Shown here in pieces: positions 56,923-64,000 of a stretch of 64,000 nt of DNA. The notes beneath the pieces were generated by a model, which was not told the origin of the DNA, ran no database searches, and worked only from the letters and a program-made list of their open reading frames with translations. How positions within the stretch are numbered: the first letter of the stretch is position 1; the number at the start of each line of letters is the position of its first letter. The position numbers and the translations under genes were made by a program. Origin of the DNA: a virus; IMG/VR virus record IMGVR_UViG_3300043548_000722, positions 32,001 to 96,000 of that record; one strand, written 5' to 3'.

Positions 56923-58191
56923 ATGGAGTATATCACCCTGTACAATCGGGCGCGTTCCGGCGCCATTCGTATCTGGCAGGTTGCCCTGGAACAGGGCAAG
57001 GTCACCACGCAATTCGGGCAGAAGGACGGAGTCCTGCAAACCGTGGTCGATTACGGCTATGAGAAGAATGTTGGCAAGGCCAACTTCATCTCAGCAGAGC
57101 GAGATGCGGAGAACCTCGTGGATCGACTGATCCGCGAGAAGAAGCGCGAAGGCTACCGCGAAGAGTTGGAAGAGGTCACCTTTGATCCCTTTGACCCTCC
57201 GGAGATGCTGAGCTTCTACAAGCCGCAGAACGCGCTCAACTCCACGATGGAGGCGATGATCGAGCGGAACGAGGCGTGGGCGGTGCGGAAATATGATGGC
57301 GAGATGATGGTGTTGATTCACCGCCCGGATGGCGAGGTCCGTATCCTGTCCCGCAAGATGCACCCGACACACCATCACGAGAACATCCCTTGGTCGGAGA
57401 GGTTTTCGCACATCGCGAACTCTCTGAAGAGGGACACGCCTCGCGGTACGGTTCTCCTGGGCGAGATGGTTGGCCCCGGGTGGAGCGATGATCGTTGGTT
57501 GGTGGCCCAGGTACTCAAGTCTCGAACGGCCCGCGCGATCGAGCTCCAGCGGGCGCACGGGCCGATGCGTTTCCGGGCCTGGGATGTGGCCTGGTGGGGA
57601 ATGGAACAGCTTATCGGGAAGATTGAGTACCGACACAGGTACGACAACATCGACGAGCTTACAGATGGCGACTACCTGCTGCCCGCAGAGGTGCTGGTGG
57701 AGGATGACTACACTGGCGTGGATGACCTGCGGCGCATCGCCGCAGAGAACCGATGGGAGGGGTTCGTGATTGTGAATCCCTGCGATACCTACGGCGATCG
57801 CGGCTTCAACCTGCGGGGCAAGCCGGATCGTCCCTCGGGATGCTGCAAGCTCAAGCCATTCTTTGAAGATGATTTTGTTGCGATCTGGGACCCTGCGAAG
57901 AAGCAGGGCAAGTACGGTCGGGGCAAGTACACGGGCCAGTTCGGCGCGTGCTCCCTGTACCAGATCGACTCGAAAGGGAAGATGCGGTACATCTGCGAGT
58001 GTGGCAACGGCTTCACCGCCGAGTTCATCCGTGAAAACTCGGCGGCTCCGTGGCAGAAGGTCATTCAGGTCCGGTACGAGTCACGGACCTATGAGTCGGA
58101 AGATGACGAAACGAACGCGCTACAGTTTCCCCGCTTCATGATGGAGCGGACGGACAAGAGCGCGGATGAGTGTGTGAATCCCCGGCTCTGA
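56923..58191 (+). CDS. ATP-dependent DNA ligase with N-terminal WGR-like domain
   Basis: Motif I RKYDG, motif III LLGEM, AWDV, motif IV WEGFVI, KLKP, C-terminal LQFPRF...RTDK. Confidence 0.92.
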   Translation: MEYITLYNRARSGAIRIWQVALEQGKVTTQFGQKDGVLQTVVDYGYEKNVGKANFISAERDAENLVDRLIREKKREGYREELEEVTFDPFDPPEMLSFYKPQNALNSTMEAMIERNEAWAVRKYDGEMMVLIHRPDGEVRILSRKMHPTHHHENIPWSERFSHIANSLKRDTPRGTVLLGEMVGPGWSDDRWLVAQVLKSRTARAIELQRAHGPMRFRAWDVAWWGMEQLIGKIEYRHRYDNIDELTDGDYLLPAEVLVEDDYTGVDDLRRIAAENRWEGFVIVNPCDTYGDRGFNLRGKPDRPSGCCKLKPFFEDDFVAIWDPAKKQGKYGRGKYTGQFGACSLYQIDSKGKMRYICECGNGFTAEFIRENSAAPWQKVIQVRYESRTYESEDDETNALQFPRFMMERTDKSADECVNPRL

Positions 58192-58229
58192 AAAGTAGGC
58201 CCCGCAGACATCTGCGGGGCCTCTTTTTT
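58191..58229. terminator. Bidirectional intrinsic terminator
   Basis: AAAAGT-AGGCCCCGCAG-ACAT-CTGCGGGGCCT-CTTTTTT between convergent genes. Confidence 0.85.
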
Positions 58230-58578
58230 AGCCACCGAATACGAAGGCTTCTTTCGGATGGCCTGCGGATTCTTTGGCAGCCTCCTCGGCTCTCCTGGAG
58301 ATGGCCTGAAGCTCGCGCTGCTTTGCTGCCTCTGCCGCAGCACGCGCGCGCATCTCGATGACTTCCTTGAGCCGAGACTCGATCTGCTGCTCAGAGTAGA
58401 TCGGTCCCTGCGCCAACAGGGAGCGGAGGGTGAGTAGGAGGTTGTCGTGCGCTTCCAGCGCCTCTCCCAATACGGAGTCGTTCTCCGACAGCCGCTGGAT
58501 CTCTGATAGGATCGTGCTGTAGGCAGAGGACGAGAGTCTCTCGAGGACGGCGACGCGCTCTTCAAGGCTGGCGTTCAT
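58228..58578 (-). CDS. Hypothetical coiled-coil protein
   Basis: 116 aa; GAGGAG RBS; TAATG coupling. Confidence 0.7.
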   Translation of the reverse strand: MNASLEERVAVLERLSSSAYSTILSEIQRLSENDSVLGEALEAHDNLLLTLRSLLAQGPIYSEQQIESRLKEVIEMRARAAAEAAKQRELQAISRRAEEAAKESAGHPKEAFVFGG

Positions 58579-58841
58579 TAGATCTCCTCACTAAGAATAC
58601 CCCTAATCTCTTTCTCCATTTCCGCAACACCCTCTTCCAGTTCCTCGACGACCTCCTCGATGACGTCGGTAGATACTGGAGCGCCCTCGCAGGAGATCTG
58701 CGCGAGTGGGGTGGCCACCCCATCAGAGGGTAGGAAGCGGGTGCGTAGGATCTGAACCAGGGTGTGCTGAATGGCGCTGCGCTGCTTGAGCTCCTTTACT
58801 TTTGCGAGAACGGAGCCTACGGTCTTGGCTGCGGGCGGCAT
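58578..58841 (-). CDS. Hypothetical protein
   Basis: 87 aa; GGAGGA RBS. Confidence 0.7.
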   Translation of the reverse strand: MPPAAKTVGSVLAKVKELKQRSAIQHTLVQILRTRFLPSDGVATPLAQISCEGAPVSTDVIEEVVEELEEGVAEMEKEIRGILSEEI

Positions 58842-58984
58842 GAAAAAAATCCTCCAAAAACTGGTATAACATACCTGTGAAGAAACTGAGAAGTCTCCGG
58901 AGAAATCGACGAAGTACTCACCGCACCCAGGGCGTACCGGACTGTTCGGGAAAGCTGGGTGCGAACTCTAATAGGAGATCTCAC

Positions 58985-59206
58985 ATGGACGAAATTCTTA
59001 AGAAGTCGGCTGCTATGCGTATGTTTTTCAACATCAACACCTTTCGATGGGAGTCCATGGATCCAGAGATCTCACGGGCCATCCAACAGGTGTACGCAGA
59101 TAACCCTATTCTTACTCTGGGATCTGTTCCTTTCGCGGTTTTTGCGGAGTTAATCCGCGTAGTGCTCTGCTGCGATCCGCCCTCCGAACGCCCTCCAGAA
59201 GAGTAA
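58985..59206 (+). CDS. Hypothetical protein (73 aa)
   Basis: AGGAG RBS before ATG 58985 (MDEILKKS); TGGTATAA extended -10-like element near 58862. Confidence 0.5.
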   Translation: MDEILKKSAAMRMFFNINTFRWESMDPEISRAIQQVYADNPILTLGSVPFAVFAELIRVVLCCDPPSERPPEE

Positions 59207-60122
59207 AGTCGCTTGGAGCAACGTTTTGTATTCCGTACAGTGTACGGAACATCTCCGATTGGGTGATTGGAGTAGTCAGTATCGCTTTGCGACGAAACGC
59301 GGAATCTTCCATAAGCCTTTGCATAAAGCCACTTTGACGCTGCATTAGGGTTTCTATGTCCGGGGCTGTACTCCCGACCGGCAATCCTACCCACCTCTGC
59401 ACAAAGCGCGACCTCGGGCTGCTAGCAGCTAGCGTCTGTGCAGCGCGGTCGGGGGAAGATGGAATGAAGTCAATAATTTTGGGACCAGAGGCCGTCATAA
59501 TCGTATTACCAGGATTGCCTACTACATCTCCAAGGGTCTTTTTTGCTCCCATCCGGAAATTACTTGCCGGAAGATGCGCCACGGCCCGAGTAAAGTCAGT
59601 GCTCCCGGGGGCATTGAGCTGCTCTGGGGTCACATAGCTGGCGAAGTCCTTTTCGGGTCCCGAGACGAACTCTGTGTGGTAATACGGAGTGCCGCTGTCC
59701 GCCCGCCGAAGCTTCGGACTGTAGAGTGTGGCGAACGTAGGGTCTTTGGTCGCACGCGCTCTTCTGAGCATATTAAATTTTTCGGCGAGTACTCGTTGGT
59801 CGTAAAGTGGGCCCTTGGTATCAAAGGTCTTCATAACCGACAAGGGCACAGGGGAATCTGTGGAACCTACAACAAGGGCTGCGGGCCCTTCGGCCCCGCT
59901 TCCGAGTACCTTTATAATAGAGCCCATTCGGGTTTTTTTCAGGGAACCCTCGGCGTCTAATTTTTCTGCAAGCCGCGTTGCTCCGGAGATATCTCCTGCC
60001 TCCACAAGTGCCCGCAGGTCTTTTAGATATCGGCGCGCTGCAATTTTTGTCTGGCCTGCAGACTCTTCAGCCCACAAGGGATGAGTAAGTAGAATAGCCT
60101 CGTATGCGGCAACTTTATTCAT
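59112..60122 (-). CDS. Protein kinase-like domain protein with KxA leader
   Basis: Gly loop LGSGAEG, beta3 VMK, hinge TEFVSG, catalytic GDVVGNPGN, KIIDF; leader MNKVAA...QTKIAA. Confidence 0.7.
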   Translation of the reverse strand: MNKVAAYEAILLTHPLWAEESAGQTKIAARRYLKDLRALVEAGDISGATRLAEKLDAEGSLKKTRMGSIIKVLGSGAEGPAALVVGSTDSPVPLSVMKTFDTKGPLYDQRVLAEKFNMLRRARATKDPTFATLYSPKLRRADSGTPYYHTEFVSGPEKDFASYVTPEQLNAPGSTDFTRAVAHLPASNFRMGAKKTLGDVVGNPGNTIMTASGPKIIDFIPSSPDRAAQTLAASSPRSRFVQRWVGLPVGSTAPDIETLMQRQSGFMQRLMEDSAFRRKAILTTPITQSEMFRTLYGIQNVAPSDFTLLEGVRRADRSRALRGLTPQKPRKEQIPE

Positions 60123-62634
60123 CTTGATCTCCAGTTTGAGGGATTGATGTTACACCGTCGTTAGTGTCTTGGCTAGGAAGCTCTACAGTCTTATTTTTAT
60201 TGGCAGCTCGGCGCCTCAAAATCTCTGCGGCGAGAGGGACCCCTGCCGAAGGTATTGCACCCGCGGCATACGTACCATAGGCAGGTAGCAGAGTTTTGAG
60301 GCGCCTCCCACGGACTGCTGGAGCGGCAGCCATCATAGCCCGCGCGGTTGCGCGTGCCTCCTCAAGCAGCACAGGTGCCCACATTGACGTTGCCCCAGCG
60401 ATGCCCAAGTTTCTTGCTTGAGCCCATCGTTTTTCAGGATCTTGCTCATTGGCCATAGTCGCTTTTGCTCCATAGCCAAACGCCCCTAAAGTAAGGCCCG
60501 TGCCAACCAGGCGGGCAGGTAGTATGGAACTCTGAAGTATCTTTTTCCCAACTCCACCTGCTGCATGTCCAAGTTCGTGGGCAAGGACATCAGGATCTTT
60601 TATCCCCTCCATGAAGACTTTGTTGATAGTTGGGTTGTAGTGCGGCCCACGTCCCTGCAACTGCGCGGCAATTAGATCTGCTATTTGTGCTCTTTCTGTG
60701 GGGGGACGACCCTCTACAATTTTACGAAGAAGATAATTATCAGTCATCAGTTTCTCAGCATCGGCTTTAGTTGGAGCCCCTTGAGATGCAGGTACAGGAG
60801 AGTTTTTAAACATTGTATCGAACTCATTTGGATCTCTGGGGCTATTTCTTAACTTGTCCACAACAGAACGACCTGCCGCATTCTGAAGTGTCTTACCGGC
60901 TACGGTCGCTGCTCCAAGGACTCCAAGGGATGTACCAAGAGCCCTTTTTTTGGACACGCCCTGTTTGTCTTCCGCGGACTCAGATGATGCTCGCTTCTCC
61001 CTATTTTTAGCTGACCCGTCTGCCGGCTCATTCTTCGGCCACAGCTCACGACGCGCCCAGTAGTTTGCACTGAGCTTGTCGTTGGCAGTCAGACTCCCGT
61101 CTTTGCCGCGGATTCCGGCCGAACGCGTGAGGTAGTTCTTCTTTGCCGCGTCGGAGTAGTTGTGCTTGTAGCCCTTCTGCCCAAAGTGGATCAGCTTGAC
61201 CTGGTCCCCTTTCTTGGCAAGAACCATCTTTTTCTTCTCGGGACGGTCGGAGTCAATCGGCTGGTTGTACCCAGGAAAGGTACGGCCGCGATACTCGATC
61301 TCAGCCTGCTTGATCACCTCCTCATCTTCCAGAGGCGCGTCGGCATTCCGCTGAAGAGCTATGGCTCGACGACGAAGTAGCTCAGCAGACAGTGGTAGTC
61401 CGGCTGAAGGTAGCGCAGAAATAGCATATGTTCCGAACGCTGGTGTAAGGGCGGCCAGTCTGCGTAAACGAGCTCCCTTGGGAGCCGCCAGGACTGCCCG
61501 TCCGCTAGCCCGGCCTTCCTCAAGAAGCGTTGGTACGTGCTGTAGTGCGGCCCCTACCGTTCCAAAATTTCTTGAGTGTTCAAACCTGCGCTCCTGTTCC
61601 TCTGGGGTTCGTCCCGCAGCACTGACCATTAGTGCGGCAGACCCAAACCGCATACCCGTGCCCACTGAAGGCACGAGACCTTTACTAAGTGCGTGCAATA
61701 TTCTTTTCCCCCACGTACCCTCAGAGTGTCCCATTTCATGGGCCAAGAAGTCTGGGTTAACCGCACCCCCCGTAAGAATCATCTTAGGAGACTCGAGGTA
61801 CTTGGGTGTGGTATCTTTGAAGTAGTCAGACAGTACCTGTGCGAGCTCAGGCAACTCCTCGACCCCGATGTCGAAATTGTCGAGCACGGTCGGGTCTCTT
61901 TTTAGAATCTCTAGAATCTCATCTGCGGACGGGTTCGCCATTAAGACGGGCACGCCTTTGGACTCAATGCTGGCACGTAACGAGTTAAATTCTCTGACCC
62001 TAGTTCTGTCGCGAAGCTGCCCCTCTATAATTGGAGTCAGCAGTCCCTTGTCAACGCCGAATGCGGTGGCTCCTAGTCCGGCTGTGGCCCCAACACCTGT
62101 CCCGAGAATTGTGCTCGCGGATACGTTATCCCCTGGATAATGTGACACGGCCGAGGCTGCTTTAGTTGCAGCTGCGTTTGCAATCCGAGCCTTCATGCCC
62201 GCGGACATACCGGGGTGGTCTCTCTTAAGAGCTTTATAGATCTCCTTGACCTTTGCTGGCCGATCCTGCTCCAGAAAGGGCGGCATATCAGACGCCGATT
62301 TGGTTTGAGACTTTTGGTAATCTCTGAGGTCTTTATACTTTGACTTTACTTTGTTACCAGTTTCTTTGGCGGAGCTAGCTAAACTGCGAGCCGCGTCAAC
62401 TCCCGCTCGAACAGCCAATCCTCCCGAAGCCAAGCCTCCGGCATAAAGAGCCCCTCGAAGGACCGGATTTTTCTTAGCAAAATCACTTCCCATTGGTAGA
62501 TATTTTGTCATCAGTGCGCCAGAACCCGCGGCTCCCGCGATTCCAGTAAGGCTTTTAGTGTAATCTTCCTGTTTGTAGGAGGGGCCGACATCAACTTCCG
62601 CAGACTTGTAAAAAAGAGAAATCTCTCGGATCAT
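60115..62634 (-). CDS. KxA-punctuated polyprotein: two HExxH zinc metallopeptidase modules plus small basic modules
   Basis: HEMGH (61726-61740) and HELGH (60565-60579), each followed by EExRA and TYA; KSAE, KSAS, KAAS, KQAE, KRAS at module junctions. Confidence 0.8.
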   Translation of the reverse strand: MIREISLFYKSAEVDVGPSYKQEDYTKSLTGIAGAAGSGALMTKYLPMGSDFAKKNPVLRGALYAGGLASGGLAVRAGVDAARSLASSAKETGNKVKSKYKDLRDYQKSQTKSASDMPPFLEQDRPAKVKEIYKALKRDHPGMSAGMKARIANAAATKAASAVSHYPGDNVSASTILGTGVGATAGLGATAFGVDKGLLTPIIEGQLRDRTRVREFNSLRASIESKGVPVLMANPSADEILEILKRDPTVLDNFDIGVEELPELAQVLSDYFKDTTPKYLESPKMILTGGAVNPDFLAHEMGHSEGTWGKRILHALSKGLVPSVGTGMRFGSAALMVSAAGRTPEEQERRFEHSRNFGTVGAALQHVPTLLEEGRASGRAVLAAPKGARLRRLAALTPAFGTYAISALPSAGLPLSAELLRRRAIALQRNADAPLEDEEVIKQAEIEYRGRTFPGYNQPIDSDRPEKKKMVLAKKGDQVKLIHFGQKGYKHNYSDAAKKNYLTRSAGIRGKDGSLTANDKLSANYWARRELWPKNEPADGSAKNREKRASSESAEDKQGVSKKRALGTSLGVLGAATVAGKTLQNAAGRSVVDKLRNSPRDPNEFDTMFKNSPVPASQGAPTKADAEKLMTDNYLLRKIVEGRPPTERAQIADLIAAQLQGRGPHYNPTINKVFMEGIKDPDVLAHELGHAAGGVGKKILQSSILPARLVGTGLTLGAFGYGAKATMANEQDPEKRWAQARNLGIAGATSMWAPVLLEEARATARAMMAAAPAVRGRRLKTLLPAYGTYAAGAIPSAGVPLAAEILRRRAANKNKTVELPSQDTNDGVTSIPQTGDQDE

Positions 62635-62637
62635 GGC

Positions 62638-63879
62638 TCATTTCCCCTTACTAAGGCTTGTGTTTGCAGCAAGGCCGTGCGAGCTGTATTGCTCGCCTTG
62701 ACGGGTGGCTTCGCGCTTCTGGCGCGCAGCCTTGGCGAGACGGTCCTTGCCCTCTTCAGTCTGGCGTAGTCTATCCGCTTTTTGCTTTGGAAGATATACC
62801 CCTCTTCCGCCTTCGCCTGGCTTGTCGCCACCTGTCCAGTTCCAGTCCTGCTTGGTCCACTTCTTCAAGGAGTTGTTAGACGCAGAGGGCTTGGCGCCGG
62901 AGTAACCCCCGCCTTTGTCCTTGTAGATTTTGGTCGCGAGTTGCATGGCGCGCGCAGAGTGCTTGCCGCCCATCTTGGCGCGCGCCTCGGCTTTGGCTTG
63001 CTCCCATTTCTGCGGGTCAGTCTTGGTAGCGGTAGCTGAGGCTGTCTTACCTGTAAATGGAGAGTCTATCGGGCTTGGGAACCTCTTATTTGCTATATCC
63101 CTGGCGCAGTCACGGGTAAAATCGCATACTCGACCGTCTACCATTGACGAGCCAGGAGCAAGTGGTGGGTGTCCCATTTTTTTAAGTGAATCATTTACGA
63201 GTGGCTCTAGTTCTCCTTTTCTCCACATCCAACGGTCATCGAAGAGGAAGAGTGTCGGGGCTGCATGGCGAATTTCACTCTCCCTGCCACCTGTGGCCTC
63301 CCTGATGGCCTGTTGTACTTCTTCTGGAGACAGGTCGTGCTCTATGGCTTTAAGACCCATTTCGTAGCGTGTGTAGTCATCCATGTGTTTTTGAAGTCGT
63401 TGTTGTACAAACTGCGCCTTAACCTCTTGGGGGATAGCACTCGCAGACTGGATTGTACTAGGATTTAAATTGGGCATCTGATTTGGCATCTGATTCGGCA
63501 GGCCACGCTTAAGTGTCCGCAGGCCGAGTGCTCCAAGTCCGAGTGCTCCAAGTGCTCCAGCAGACCCCAGGAGAATGTTTCGTCTCCTGCGCTCGGCCGC
63601 GTCCCGTTCAGACTGCTCATTCTTTTGGGGATCTACCTTGGTGGCAGTTGCGGAAGCCTGCTTTTTAAGGAGCGAAACTTCGGCTTTGGACTCTCCATAG
63701 CTTCCAGGATACGCCGTGCCGAGCGCCTTCCCGATCCCATCATATGCAGAGTAGACCTTGTACTCGGCCCAGGAAGGGATCTCCAGACCAAGATCGATCT
63801 TCTCCTTGAGATGTTTCGCCTGCGCGGCGATTCTCTCAAGGGTCTTGCTCAGCATGTGTGAGTCGTCGTACTCGCTCAT
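62638..63879 (-). CDS. KxA-punctuated polyprotein with C-terminal DUF5872-like basic domain
   Basis: C-terminal KWEQAK...HSARAMQLA...YK.KGGGY.G.K...SLKKWTKQDW...YLPK; junctions KQAS and KTAS. Confidence 0.75.
   Translation of the reverse strand: MSEYDDSHMLSKTLERIAAQAKHLKEKIDLGLEIPSWAEYKVYSAYDGIGKALGTAYPGSYGESKAEVSLLKKQASATATKVDPQKNEQSERDAAERRRRNILLGSAGALGALGLGALGLRTLKRGLPNQMPNQMPNLNPSTIQSASAIPQEVKAQFVQQRLQKHMDDYTRYEMGLKAIEHDLSPEEVQQAIREATGGRESEIRHAAPTLFLFDDRWMWRKGELEPLVNDSLKKMGHPPLAPGSSMVDGRVCDFTRDCARDIANKRFPSPIDSPFTGKTASATATKTDPQKWEQAKAEARAKMGGKHSARAMQLATKIYKDKGGGYSGAKPSASNNSLKKWTKQDWNWTGGDKPGEGGRGVYLPKQKADRLRQTEEGKDRLAKAARQKREATRQGEQYSSHGLAANTSLSKGK
63473..63559. repeat. Two short in-frame tandem repeats (12 nt and 15 nt units)
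   Basis: GGCATCTGATTY x2 (63473-63496, encodes PNQM x2) and CCGAGTGCTCCAAGT x2 (63524-63553, encodes GALGL repeats). Confidence 0.8.
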
Positions 63880-64000
63880 TTGCGACCTTCCCAGTCGAGG
63901 GAGACCTCATCCTTGGTGATGGGGCCGCCGGAAGCCCAAGTATAGCAAGATCGCGCCGAATGGCACTTGAAGTCGTGCATGTGGCAGTAGCCGAGATGGC
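63876..64000 (-). CDS. Partial CDS (3' end) with Cys/His-rich domain
   Basis: Hand translation ...HLGYCHMHDFKCHSARSCYTWASGGPITKDEVSLDWEGRK*; ATGA overlap with the next gene. Confidence 0.7.
   Translation of the reverse strand, partial: HLGYCHMHDFKCHSARSCYTWASGGPITKDEVSLDWEGRK

Larger units (their letters stand above)
1..64000. mobile_element. Segment of a large tailed dsDNA bacteriophage genome (likely myovirus morphotype)
   Basis: Portal-like, baseplate J-like, gp25-like, hub, tape-measure-like and tail fibre genes, plus a self-contained replication operon. No host housekeeping genes; genes tile the sequence with 1-4 nt overlaps. Confidence 0.95.

Noticed and set aside
62631-62831. 66-aa minus-strand ORF
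   Set aside because: Out-of-frame overlap with the conserved-looking C-terminus of the 413-aa gene; the neighbouring genes already abut.
1-64000. Stop-codon reassignment
   Set aside because: Standard-code ORFs tile both strands, and TAA, TAG and TGA all end genes at coupled junctions.

Overview
This window is a densely coded 64 kb segment of a large tailed dsDNA phage, probably contractile-tailed (baseplate J-like and gp25-like genes). It uses the standard genetic code, with many ATGA/TGATG gene overlaps. Layout: (1) 1-4923, minus strand: head genes, including a portal-like gene running off the left edge that the ORF track missed. (2) 5004-19424, plus strand: a replication/recombination operon (SF2 helicase, family-4 UDG-like protein, DnaB, DnaG, Zn-finger SSB candidate, family A polymerase, HU-like, RecA, Hjc-like and RusA-like resolvases, Cas4-like nuclease). 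(3) 19600-56314, minus strand: tail/baseplate genes with a sigma-70 family factor embedded among them. (4) 56361-59206: an ATP-dependent ligase and small ORFs. (5) 59112-64000, minus strand: a cluster of mosaic polyprotein-like genes. The most notable signal is a recurring K-x-A(S/A/E/G) motif. It ends short N-terminal leaders (sometimes F-x-x-E-L-x-K-x-A) and sits at boundaries between unrelated modules (kinase-like, duplicated HExxH metallopeptidases, small basic domains, glycine-zipper segments). It also precedes the sigma factor and accounts for 10 of 17 lysines in a portal-linked protein. I infer a capsid-targeting/protease-processing code for virion cargo, analogous to T4 internal-protein leaders but Lys-x-Ala based; this is untested. 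Other points: an M15-type peptidoglycan hydrolase domain inside the hub-like protein, a UDG lacking both signature motifs, and a palindromic two-way Shine-Dalgarno. I saw no tRNA, rRNA, CRISPR array or integrase. Family assignments come from motif recognition by eye, not database searches.
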